A DNA stretch of 39,164 nucleotides from Victivallales bacterium (GTDB taxonomy: Bacteria; Verrucomicrobiota; Lentisphaeria; Victivallales; GWF2-50-93). Position numbers and translations under genes: made by a program. The DNA lies in NCBI GenBank assembly GCA_041662825.1, contig JBAZRS010000001.1:1-39164 (forward strand). The letters are read 5' to 3'. The notes beneath the pieces were generated by a model. That model had not been told where the DNA came from, did no database searches, and saw nothing but the letters and a program-made list of their open reading frames with translations. Of the stretch, positions 23,610 through 32,114 are shown piece by piece (the first letter of the stretch is position 1; each line of letters opens with the position of its first letter).

Positions 23610-23828
23610 ATGCCGGAAATAATCACCGGGAAAGAAAACGTTCTGGAATATTTCAGAGAGCATTTTAAAGTCCATTCATGGCAGACCGTCAAACGCTGGA
23701 AGAAAAAGGGAATGCCCATTCGATACCTTGAAAGTCACGCGCCTTTCATCATCCCAAAAGAAATCGTCTTGTGGGCAGTTAATTTTGATGAACTAACCAA
23801 ACGAGATCAAAAAAAAGTCACTACATAA
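23610..23828 (+). CDS. small HTH DNA-binding protein (excisionase/AlpA-like fold), possibly the DNA-recognition partner of the small terminase
   Basis: GGAGGGA RBS. Sequence SWQTVKRWKKKGMPIRYLESHAPFIIPKEIVLWAV fits the pattern TV.RW...G.P.......F...EI..W. Confidence 0.5.
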   Translation: MPEIITGKENVLEYFREHFKVHSWQTVKRWKKKGMPIRYLESHAPFIIPKEIVLWAVNFDELTKRDQKKVTT

Positions 23829-23859
23829 TACCCCAGATCATACCCCACCTGATACTGAC
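23828..23859. repeat. 12-nt-phased ATACCCCA / ATACCCCA / ATAC repeats in the gap before the small terminase gene
   Basis: ATACCCCA occurs at 23828-23835 and 23840-23847, and ATACTGAC at 23852-23859. The spacing is about one helical turn. Confidence 0.6.
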
Positions 23860-23892
23860 ATTCTGTTTTATCATGTGCTCTAATGGCAGTCA

Positions 23893-24336
23893 ATGAAAGC
23901 TGAGTTAGGAATACAAGCCGGAAAAGAAGCTATGTGTGAGACCCGGAAAGAAATGATTAAGGCTAATCTTGGCCTTGATCGTGGTCTTGGTAAGCTAAAT
24001 CAGCTACTTGAGTGCACCAAACCTATCGCAGCAACCGTGATCCATAAGGCCGGTAAGGGTAAGGGAGCGCGTGATGCCGATGAAACCACAATGGATTTTG
24101 TCGAAGTACCCGATAATCAGTCACAGGCGAAGGCATTGGATATGTTATTCACACTGGGCGATTACTACCCCTGCAAAAAGCTGAAAGCCGACGTCAATCA
24201 TTCAGGCTCAATCATGGCAGCCGTGGCCTCCCATCTATCCAATAAGCCGAAAACAGAGGCAAAACAGCCGAAGCAACGTAAGGCCCCGGTAAAGAAAGTC
24301 GTTTATAAGCGATCCTCGAAGGGCAAAAAACGATGA
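23893..24336 (+). CDS. terminase small subunit candidate (Terminase_2-like C-terminal part)
   Basis: It is directly upstream of, and overlaps, terL. The motif VEVPDNQSQAKALDMLFTLGDYYP resembles the D...RLKALE.L.K..G.Y motif of small terminases. It has a basic C-tail and no N-terminal HTH. Confidence 0.55.
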   Translation: MKAELGIQAGKEAMCETRKEMIKANLGLDRGLGKLNQLLECTKPIAATVIHKAGKGKGARDADETTMDFVEVPDNQSQAKALDMLFTLGDYYPCKKLKADVNHSGSIMAAVASHLSNKPKTEAKQPKQRKAPVKKVVYKRSSKGKKR

Positions 24337-25916
24337 ACACAGCCGAAGATTTAAGCTGGCAGATCGACGAATGCGCAAGGGTGTGGGAATCGTTTGAATA
24401 TTTCCTTGATGAATACGTCTGGATCGAGGACAAGGAAGCCAAAAAAGCAATCAAGCTGGAATTGTGGCCGGAGCAGCGGCGAGTGGTCCCGGCGCTGGTT
24501 ATTGAGCAGCTCCTCATCCTGCTTAAAACCCGGCAGGTTGGCTTGACGTGGCTCGCCGCCGCCCTGGTCCTCTGGCTCGGAATCCGAAACCCGCTATTTT
24601 TGGCCGTTATCATCAGCGTCAATGAGGACCTGAGCATCGAATTTCTAAACCGCATTTATTTCATGCTCGACCGCTTGCCGGTGTGGCTGTGTCCGCCGAT
24701 TAAGGCCCGGACCAAACAGATTCTGGAGTTTTCCCATGACGGCGGGACGTCGGCAATAATCAAATCCATGCCCACAACAGAAATGGGCGCGCAGTCCAAA
24801 ACCCCAAACATCCTGATTATGGATGAAAGCTGCATGAACCGCATGGCCGCCGACATCTTCAATTCATCCTATCCCGGCATTGAGCAGGCCAAAGGGCAGG
24901 TCATTGTGATTTCAAATTCGATCAAGACCGGCCCGGGCTGGCCCTGGACACGCGATCTTTACCAGGGATCGATGCGCGGCCTCAATAAGTTCAAGCGGAT
25001 TTTCCTTGCATGGGACGCCCATCCGGGCAGGCCAAAAACGTTTTTACGGGACATGCGGGCCGCCGGGATGGACGAGGAAGACGTCTCTCAACATTACCCA
25101 GGGACCGAGGAAGAGGCGATAAGCACGCTGATGGGTTCGTACTTCGGGGATGTGCTTGCGCGGCATGACAAGGCCATGAGGGGCACCGTAGGCCGGTTTG
25201 TACGAGACGACAAAACCAAAGAAGTCAGTTTCGAGGAAGCGAAGGGAGGCATCGTTGAAATCTGGCGGTATCCGTATTTTCTCAACAAGAAATGGGATCA
25301 ATACAGGTGGCTGCGGCGGTACTGTGTCGGATCGGATGTTTCCGAGGGACAGGGCCGCTCGTATTCGGTCGCCTACTGCAAGGACCGGCATTTAGACGAG
25401 CCTGCGTGCCGGATCAGGTCGAACCGCATTGACGCCTGGTATTGGGCAGAGCAGCTCAAAATGATGTCGGATTATTACGAAAACGCAATCCTGACCGTTG
25501 AGCGCACCGGTGCCGGACAGACGACAGTGAAGCATTTGGAGGAATTGAACGCAAATCAGACGGTCCACCTGACCAGCGGCAGTACGGGATCGAACGTCAC
25601 GTCTCAATACGGCTGGCATGAATCACAGGAAGCCAAACACCTTCTGTCCGGCTATCTCAAGCAATGGCTCAGGTCCATGAGAGGGCGGTTGTATTGCGCG
25701 CTGCTGATCGATGAATGTTCAACCTGGATACAGCACGAAGGATCGGAACACGTCGGGCCGGAGGCGGGGAAATTAGGCGATTGCGTAATCGCTGCAGGCT
25801 GTATGCTTGAGGCGGATCAGTACCTTGAAAAGTGCGAAAAGATCATCCCCCCGGGCCGGGGATGGAGGGAGCGCCAGAAGGCAGAAAGGGAGAAGGGGGC
25901 AATATGGGCGGCATGA
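24333..25916 (+). CDS. terL: terminase large subunit
   Basis: Walker-A-like LKTRQVGLTW, Walker-B-like NILIMDES, a C-terminal nuclease-type acidic motif (CVGSDVSEG), a size of 527 aa, and a position before the portal gene. Confidence 0.85.
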   Translation: MNTAEDLSWQIDECARVWESFEYFLDEYVWIEDKEAKKAIKLELWPEQRRVVPALVIEQLLILLKTRQVGLTWLAAALVLWLGIRNPLFLAVIISVNEDLSIEFLNRIYFMLDRLPVWLCPPIKARTKQILEFSHDGGTSAIIKSMPTTEMGAQSKTPNILIMDESCMNRMAADIFNSSYPGIEQAKGQVIVISNSIKTGPGWPWTRDLYQGSMRGLNKFKRIFLAWDAHPGRPKTFLRDMRAAGMDEEDVSQHYPGTEEEAISTLMGSYFGDVLARHDKAMRGTVGRFVRDDKTKEVSFEEAKGGIVEIWRYPYFLNKKWDQYRWLRRYCVGSDVSEGQGRSYSVAYCKDRHLDEPACRIRSNRIDAWYWAEQLKMMSDYYENAILTVERTGAGQTTVKHLEELNANQTVHLTSGSTGSNVTSQYGWHESQEAKHLLSGYLKQWLRSMRGRLYCALLIDECSTWIQHEGSEHVGPEAGKLGDCVIAAGCMLEADQYLEKCEKIIPPGRGWRERQKAEREKGAIWAA

Positions 25917-26032
25917 CGTGGGCATGGTTTTTCTTCGGTTTCACGGCGGGCGTCCTGTCTGTGGTTGCCGCGCTGATTCTTTACATTGCCAAAGAGACCG
26001 TCTTTTATGGCCGGAAAGGGAGGGGCCTATGA
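25904..26032 (+). CDS. ~42-aa membrane peptide
   Basis: Sequence MGGMTWAWFFFGFTAGVLSVVAALILYIAKETVFYGRKGRGL overlaps the terL stop. The alternative start is 25913. Confidence 0.4.
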   Translation: MGGMTWAWFFFGFTAGVLSVVAALILYIAKETVFYGRKGRGL

Positions 26033-26535
26033 ACCGTGACCAGCGTTTAGCGAAAAACAGGCGAATCAAGGAGATTCTGAAGCCAGATCGTCGGCTATTT
26101 GAGGCGTGCCAAGCCCTCAGGCATCACGTGGAGAACCCCAACGAATCGTCGGACATCCTGCTTTACGGCGGCGTGTACCGGCACAAAGACCAGGAAGCCC
26201 TCATGACCGTGACGGTTGACGGCGTTGAAGTCGGATACAAAGTCAAGCAATCTTCGGCCCTTGAAATGAACCCGTATTTTGACCGCTACGCCTACATGAA
26301 AGTACCGGGCCACAAGCTCAAGGATCTGTCGAAAAAGGAAATGAAGGCGATCCACACCGCGATCATGGACGCCTTTTTTGAACCGCAGCAGGGACCGATC
26401 AAGATTGAGGTCATTGGATGGGACGCCATGTTGTTTTGGCAGCGGTTTCAGGTGGCGTTCCTCTATGAAAAGTCGCCGGGGCTGGTATCGATTGCGGGAG
26501 GTGCAAACATTGACGCAGGGGGAAGGGTTCAATGA
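26029..26535 (+). CDS. hypothetical protein between terminase and portal (168 aa)
   Basis: GGGAGGGG RBS and ATGA overlaps at both ends. No motif recognised. Confidence 0.55.
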   Translation: MNRDQRLAKNRRIKEILKPDRRLFEACQALRHHVENPNESSDILLYGGVYRHKDQEALMTVTVDGVEVGYKVKQSSALEMNPYFDRYAYMKVPGHKLKDLSKKEMKAIHTAIMDAFFEPQQGPIKIEVIGWDAMLFWQRFQVAFLYEKSPGLVSIAGGANIDAGGRVQ

Positions 26536-28523
26536 CCATCGAAATTGACAAAATCTCAACGTCCGGAGCCGTCCCTGAGGTGATTGAGGTCTATCGGCTT
26601 TTAAAGCGGTACAAGGAAGACCCGGCTCGCGTGGATTGGGAACGCGACGTCTATAAGCGCGGATGGGATGTGGCCTTCGGCAAACAAGACGCCATGTGGA
26701 CCGAAGACGAAAAACAGGCCATGACCGACAAGAAACAGATTCCCATTGCGATCAATGATTGCGCGAAGGGCATCCAGGGATCATGCGCCATTGCGACGGC
26801 GAACAAGCCCGGCATACAGGTTAAGCCGATTGGGTCGTCGGACCTCTACGTGTCAGAGCTTATCAAGCGCGCCTTTGACTTTGGATGGGGCCAGAACGAC
26901 GGAAATGCGGTTATCTTTGAGGGCGTGCTGGAATCAAAGGTTGGCTCCTGCGGCTGGTTCGATGTGTATTGGGATGAATCAAAAATAACGAAGTGGTCAA
27001 CCGGGAAGATCGTTATCAAATCAGACGATCCCCTAGAATACTATTTTGACAAAAAGTCGAAGCGGCCCGACAAGCGGGATTCACACATCATCAAGGCCCA
27101 CCTGATAACTCGCAATTACGCCAAAGACAATTACGACGTCACCGATGATGACCTGGATTTCAAACCGGTTTCGCAGGATGAGGAACCCGGCAAGTCTTCC
27201 GCAGGCTCCCCTGGTGAAGACGAATATGCACGCATGGAGTCCGAGAAAGCCGCGAAGGACACCCGCTCAGATGAACCCGGCGAGGATGAAAAGGCCGACG
27301 TATGGGAAATCGAAGCATGGTTGATTAAGAAAATCAAGACGTTCTGCCTGTATTCCATCGACGACCGCACCGGGGAGCTGAATAAGTTTGAATTTAAGAC
27401 CAGAAAAGAAGCCGAAAACGCGCTGTTGAAGCTGCACGAAATCAAGCAGGGCATGGCGATTGCACAGTCGCAACAGGACGGCATTGAACCGCAAGTTTTT
27501 ACCATTGAGGACGTCGGCAAGATCAAAGAGATTCGCCTTGAAAAGCGGGTGCAGCGGATCATCGTAGGTAAAAAGCTGATTTCAGAGGAAGCAAACCCCT
27601 ACGGGACCGATTCAGACGGCGACCCCGTTGTGCCTAAAATCCCCATCCCGCACGACCGCAGCGCAAGCGGGTTTTTCGTCGGGCCTACCTATCGGGCCAT
27701 TGAGATCACGCGAAGCCGCAACAAGGGCAGGATGCAGGCAAAATATATCCTGACGCAAAACCTGACAGCGCCGATTGTCAGAACGGAAGGTTCAAAATGG
27801 CTGCGGGACAAGGTTCATGGCGACGAGCTTGTCGTTGATAAAGGCGTGCCCTTCCGTCCGTTCCGGCTATTGCCTGGCGCTACCACAGGGGAACTCATGG
27901 CGATGGACCAGCGCGACGAGATCGCAATCAACGATGAATACGATATGTCAGACGTTATGAAGGGCAAGCTGCCCCCCGGTGCGGATTCCGGCAAAGTGGT
28001 TATCGCATTGCAGGATCAGGCGGGCATGATGTCAACGCCGTTCATCGGCCAGAGGGTAGAGGGCTGTATTGTCAAAATAGCAAAAGTCATGCTGGCAATC
28101 ATGCTGAAGCATTGGACGCGGCAGATGTGGGAGCGCCTCATCGAACCCGACGAAAGAACGACATGGCAGCCCGACAAGGAAAAGAAAATCAATCAAGACA
28201 CCGGCGAACCCGAAGCCCCGCCGCCCGACGAAATCTCTCTGAAATGGGAGCAGGCCCTTGAATTGATCCGGCCGGCAGATCCCACGAAGCCGCCGGGGAT
28301 CGAATTGGATGAACTGGATATCAAGATCACGGCAGGCTCCACCATGCCGACAAACCGCATGGCGAAGTCCATGATGGCGATTGAAAAGGTCAATGCAGGC
28401 ATTTACGATGCAGAGGCCGCGCTGGATTACGACGACGACCCGAACAAGGAAAGGATTATTGCCCGGATGCGGCAGAAGGAACAGGCCATGATGCAGGCCG
28501 GAATGATGAAGGGGGCGAAATGA
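26532..28523 (+). CDS. portal protein candidate (663 aa)
   Basis: Its size and its position after terL and before the scaffold and capsid genes. It has an acidic surface insertion (DEEPGKSSAGSPGEDEYARMESEKAAKDTRSDEPGEDEKAD). The family was not verified. Confidence 0.65.
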   Translation: MTIEIDKISTSGAVPEVIEVYRLLKRYKEDPARVDWERDVYKRGWDVAFGKQDAMWTEDEKQAMTDKKQIPIAINDCAKGIQGSCAIATANKPGIQVKPIGSSDLYVSELIKRAFDFGWGQNDGNAVIFEGVLESKVGSCGWFDVYWDESKITKWSTGKIVIKSDDPLEYYFDKKSKRPDKRDSHIIKAHLITRNYAKDNYDVTDDDLDFKPVSQDEEPGKSSAGSPGEDEYARMESEKAAKDTRSDEPGEDEKADVWEIEAWLIKKIKTFCLYSIDDRTGELNKFEFKTRKEAENALLKLHEIKQGMAIAQSQQDGIEPQVFTIEDVGKIKEIRLEKRVQRIIVGKKLISEEANPYGTDSDGDPVVPKIPIPHDRSASGFFVGPTYRAIEITRSRNKGRMQAKYILTQNLTAPIVRTEGSKWLRDKVHGDELVVDKGVPFRPFRLLPGATTGELMAMDQRDEIAINDEYDMSDVMKGKLPPGADSGKVVIALQDQAGMMSTPFIGQRVEGCIVKIAKVMLAIMLKHWTRQMWERLIEPDERTTWQPDKEKKINQDTGEPEAPPPDEISLKWEQALELIRPADPTKPPGIELDELDIKITAGSTMPTNRMAKSMMAIEKVNAGIYDAEAALDYDDDPNKERIIARMRQKEQAMMQAGMMKGAK

Positions 28524-28560
28524 GAACCGCACTACTCGAAACGCTTGGGAGGGCGTGAAA

Positions 28561-28839
28561 ATGGACAAAAGGGATTGGCTTGATATGGTTCCGTGGGTAG
28601 CTATTGTTGTGCTGGCGATTTTGTTAGGCGCGCTGAATAGCCATTTCGACAAGCGCGTAACAATGCTGGAACGAGACATGATGTTCGCAGTAAATGAACG
28701 GCAGACTTCGCCTCGCCACAATCCATGCTTTGAATCTGTGTGGTTTTTGGCTCACAAGGAAGAAATGAAAAAAAACAAAATGATTAAAGTTGTTGATTCC
28801 GGCTGTGGATATCTTGTTTATGAGGTAGCTCATCCATGA
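28561..28839 (+). CDS. small membrane protein (alternative start 28555)
   Basis: One TM segment (MVPWVAIVVLAILLGAL), preceded by GGGAGGG. Confidence 0.45.
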   Translation: MDKRDWLDMVPWVAIVVLAILLGALNSHFDKRVTMLERDMMFAVNERQTSPRHNPCFESVWFLAHKEEMKKNKMIKVVDSGCGYLVYEVAHP

Positions 28840-30746
28840 AGCGCCTTTTCCTCATATTGTTGCTTTTGTGGCCTCTTTCGGTCAGCGCCGAGGTCATAAC
28901 CGGCAATCCCCTGCCTACGCTTTACACGCCGCCGCCTTCCTTCACGGCTCCGAACGTGAGCGTATGCGAGATCGTCAACGGATGCACCGGGCAGACCACG
29001 GCACAGGCCGCCATTGACGCCTTATCTCAGGTTTCAACCGCAACGAATGAGTACGTTTTGACGAAGGACGCCACGACCGGGCAGGCGAAATGGAAGGCCA
29101 CAGCCTCAACGATGGTTTACCCTGGGGCCGGTATTGCGCTTTCAACAGGTGCGGCATGGGGAGCGTCGATCACAGACGCATCGGCAAACTGGAACACGGC
29201 CTATACGGATCGTTTAAAATGGGATGGTGGGGCAACCGGCCTTGTGGCGGCTACGGCCCGGACATCGCTCGGCAGCGGGCTTTCTGCTGGTTCCGTGCTG
29301 GTTACAAACACCATAAACACACTGACCGAGCTAAATTCCACCGTCGGCACGACCTATCTCAAAAACGCAGCCGGGACGATCTCATGGGCGGCAGGAACCA
29401 CGACACCGGGGGGCAACGACACAGAGGTTCAGTTCAATGACGGGGGCACGCTGGCCGGGGATACTACTTTCGTATGGAATAAAACCACCAACACACTGAC
29501 GCTGCAAACCGCACCCACTAATAGTGAGCCGCTTATTGCCGGATATGAAGGCTATGATATGCTTGGCGGTTCAGTAGGAACAAACCTATCACCATCTACG
29601 TCAGTTAAACCATCAGTAAGATTTGAAAAATTCACATCTGCCAATCTTATCGGAGGCGCAACTTATCAGGGCGGCGCGTTGGTAGCCACAACATTTAAAA
29701 CAGGAGGCACTGCTTATGTTGCTTCTATTTTTGGATATGCACTTTTAGGCGACGGCACCGGCGACACAGTAGGAGTCGCAGCGGGAGCGATTAACAACTT
29801 AGCAGCAGCCGGTAATGTTTGGGGGCTGTGGGCCTATGCAGTGTCAACGAGTGCCACAAATGCAAAAACTGTGGGAATCGAGACAAATACGTTTGCCTTT
29901 GCCGACAATGGTCACATGGCTACATACGCCGCCGGATGTCACGTTGGACTTTTGATTTCCAATTATACAAATCACGGTACGTGGGGAATAGACATAACGA
30001 AAGGCTCTGGCGCAACCGGCAAGCAATGGCATACAGGGATTATAATTGAAACAGATTCAATCGTACCACTGAGCGGAACCGTTAATGAGGCTATCCTGAT
30101 TCAAGGCGGGAGTGCCGCAGCTACTCGTTACGGCGGGATCATAATGAATAGCGGGACGTTTGAGTATGGATTAGATTTTAATGGAGGAACCTATAACGCA
30201 GCCCCGATAAGGATTCCGAACAATACTGTATTAAAGGCTCGGAACGCAGCCGGAGCAGCCGACATTAGCCTTATCGGACTTGGTGCGGATAATGTTCTTT
30301 ATATGTACGGAACCGCATTTGGGCTTACCAGCGCGGGGGCGATTACAGCGGCAACATGGCAGGGCGTGGCTGTTGCAACGGGCTATGGCGGCACCGGCGC
30401 GGCAAACGCAGCGGACGCCAGAACAAACCTCGGCCTTGCGATTGGTACAAATGTGCAAGCGTACAATTCAAACCTGACCGCAATCGATCAGGCATTAGAT
30501 ACAACCGCCTCACCTACGTTTGCCGACCTTACGCTTACGGGTCATTTACACATGCCGAACGTTCAGGCAATTTGGATGAAAGATGCGGGCGGGACGCTTA
30601 GAAACACGATGTATTTATTAAACGATGCGGCCCCAAGCAGCCTCTTGATAGGAGCTGGTGCTTCACAGGTTTGTATTTATATCGGCGGGACGGCATATAA
30701 GGTTTCCATCGATGGATCGGGATTTTTGAAAGGTGCGGCTTTATGA
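28836..30746 (+). CDS. large fibre/spike-like protein with N-terminal signal peptide (636 aa)
   Basis: N-terminus MKRLFLILLLLWPLSVSA|E. It is G/A/T/S-rich and beta-type in composition. The stretch YGGTGAANAADARTNLGLAIGTNVQAYNSNLTAI is a classic tail-fibre motif. Confidence 0.6.
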   Translation: MKRLFLILLLLWPLSVSAEVITGNPLPTLYTPPPSFTAPNVSVCEIVNGCTGQTTAQAAIDALSQVSTATNEYVLTKDATTGQAKWKATASTMVYPGAGIALSTGAAWGASITDASANWNTAYTDRLKWDGGATGLVAATARTSLGSGLSAGSVLVTNTINTLTELNSTVGTTYLKNAAGTISWAAGTTTPGGNDTEVQFNDGGTLAGDTTFVWNKTTNTLTLQTAPTNSEPLIAGYEGYDMLGGSVGTNLSPSTSVKPSVRFEKFTSANLIGGATYQGGALVATTFKTGGTAYVASIFGYALLGDGTGDTVGVAAGAINNLAAAGNVWGLWAYAVSTSATNAKTVGIETNTFAFADNGHMATYAAGCHVGLLISNYTNHGTWGIDITKGSGATGKQWHTGIIIETDSIVPLSGTVNEAILIQGGSAAATRYGGIIMNSGTFEYGLDFNGGTYNAAPIRIPNNTVLKARNAAGAADISLIGLGADNVLYMYGTAFGLTSAGAITAATWQGVAVATGYGGTGAANAADARTNLGLAIGTNVQAYNSNLTAIDQALDTTASPTFADLTLTGHLHMPNVQAIWMKDAGGTLRNTMYLLNDAAPSSLLIGAGASQVCIYIGGTAYKVSIDGSGFLKGAAL

Positions 30747-31060
30747 CCCACAGAATCATTCATCTACTTTACATTTTCCGACAGGTGGCCGTCGTGATGT
30801 TCTTCGTTGTCCTGCTGGCAATCTCCTGCATGATCATTGCGACGCAGGCGCGGGGAGCAGACAAGGCCGACCTGCAAAAGGATGTCCAGATTTACAGATT
30901 GGCAAAGCAGAACCTTGAATTACAGATGCAGGTTTTGCAACGGGACTATCCAATCATCGAAGAAAAGCTGAAGGCAGCGGAGGCGGAACTGAAACAAGCA
31001 ACCGAGAAGGAACTGAAAGACGCAGCAGAGAAGGCGAAAAAGAAAAAGGAGGATAAATAA
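30743..31060 (+). CDS. membrane-anchored coiled-coil protein (105 aa)
   Basis: N-terminal TM segment (VAVVMFFVVLLAISCMIIA), then a heptad-like region with a K/E-rich tail. ATGA overlap. Confidence 0.5.
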   Translation: MTHRIIHLLYIFRQVAVVMFFVVLLAISCMIIATQARGADKADLQKDVQIYRLAKQNLELQMQVLQRDYPIIEEKLKAAEAELKQATEKELKDAAEKAKKKKEDK

Positions 31061-31264
31061 ATGGAAACATGCGGAACCTGTTTATTTTTAGTGGATATTG
31101 ACGATCCAAACGAAGCAATCAACGAATGTCATTGCGCGCCGCCCAAACCGGCGGACAATAAAGGGCTGGCAGCGTATCCTCGCGTTAAAAACGCCGCCCT
31201 GGGGTGTGGCCTATGGATGCCAAAAGAAAACGCAGATGGTAAAGGTAAGGCGAAAAAGAAATGA
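31061..31264 (+). CDS. small Cys-rich protein (67 aa)
   Basis: Sequence METCGTCLF.....ECHC......GCGLW with a Lys-rich tail. AAGGAGGA RBS. Confidence 0.5.
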   Translation: METCGTCLFLVDIDDPNEAINECHCAPPKPADNKGLAAYPRVKNAALGCGLWMPKENADGKGKAKKK

Positions 31265-31443
31265 AAATTGAAGACATTGAATCGGTGCCTGGGTACCGGA
31301 TGCGAAAGATTAAATGCTGCATAACGTGTAAGCATCATGGCATCCACTCATGTGATTATTATATCAATAAGGACATCATTATTGCAACATGCGGCGGCGA
31401 AGATGAGCTCGGAATATGCGATCATTATAAGGAAAAGAAATGA
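31261..31443 (+). CDS. small Cys/His-rich protein (60 aa)
   Basis: Sequence KCCITCKHHGIHSC.......CGGEDELGICDH. ATGA overlap. Confidence 0.5.
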   Translation: MKIEDIESVPGYRMRKIKCCITCKHHGIHSCDYYINKDIIIATCGGEDELGICDHYKEKK

Positions 31444-31625
31444 CCGAGGCGCAGAAAAAGACCACGCCAGGAGGATTTAACGTCAAAGGCTCTGCCTTCG
31501 GCGTTTATGACCATAATGGCAATAAAGTTCCTGAGATTGAAATAAAAATCATAGAGTCGTTGCAGGAAATAGCCAGCGCGAAAAGGAGACTTGAGGGACT
31601 ATTAAGAACGCTTGGGAGGGCGTAG
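31440..31625 (+). CDS. hypothetical small protein (61 aa)
   Basis: ATGA overlap. Its C-terminal codons and the downstream junction (AACGCTTGGGAGGGCGT) are repeated at 28540-28556. Confidence 0.5.
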   Translation: MTEAQKKTTPGGFNVKGSAFGVYDHNGNKVPEIEIKIIESLQEIASAKRRLEGLLRTLGRA

Positions 31626-31627
31626 GC

Positions 31628-31948
31628 ATGGAAAACGATAAATTGACAGTGCGGGCATGGTTAAAAAAGTTTCGCCTGAACATAAGGATGTTCACCATTG
31701 GAGTCAAGGAAAGGTTGGAATACAATGCAAAATATGATTACGAAAGAGATCGCGCAAGAATTAGCGCGGAAATTTCTGAGAAAATTAAAAGAGAAGACGA
31801 GGAGAGCAGAATAAGACATGAAGCAATCCTTTCATGTCTTGCGACCCACGACATAATCGGGAGGTATCCAGAAGTGGCTACGCCGGAGCTTATTGATTTA
31901 TGTGAAAGAATGAGAAACAGCGGGAGCATAGAAACCACGGAACCATAA
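31628..31948 (+). CDS. hypothetical protein (106 aa)
   Basis: Starts 2 nt after the previous stop, with GGGAGGG upstream. Confidence 0.5.
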   Translation: MENDKLTVRAWLKKFRLNIRMFTIGVKERLEYNAKYDYERDRARISAEISEKIKREDEESRIRHEAILSCLATHDIIGRYPEVATPELIDLCERMRNSGSIETTEP

Positions 31949-32003
31949 CGGTAGCTCTTTGACAATTAAATAAGGCTCAAATCTCAATCAACAAACGAGA
32001 ACA

Positions 32004-32037
32004 GGGGCGGATTTCCGAAAGGAGCCGCCCCTTTTTT
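32004..32037 (+). terminator. rho-independent terminator
   Basis: GGGGCGG (32004-32010), a 14-nt loop region, CCGCCCC (32025-32031), then TTTTTT (32032-32037). Confidence 0.7.
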
Positions 32038-32114
32038 ATTGTCGTCTGGACGGACATAAAACGCCCTGCAAAAACGCCACCTGTCAGGCCAGTGACATGC
32101 AAAAAGGAGGATTT

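Noticed and set aside
23610-23828. The 72-aa HTH ORF as the phage excisionase
   Set aside because: This is not excluded, because the fold type is the same. However, the gene lies 12 kb from int, in the late operon next to the terminase genes. It is therefore annotated as a generic HTH protein, with the TerS-partner hypothesis reported separately.
28032-28721. 229-aa minus-strand ORF
   Set aside because: It is entirely antisense to the portal gene's 3' end and the following + strand ORF. It has an Arg/Phe/His-rich shadow-frame composition, no RBS, and the opposite orientation to the operon.
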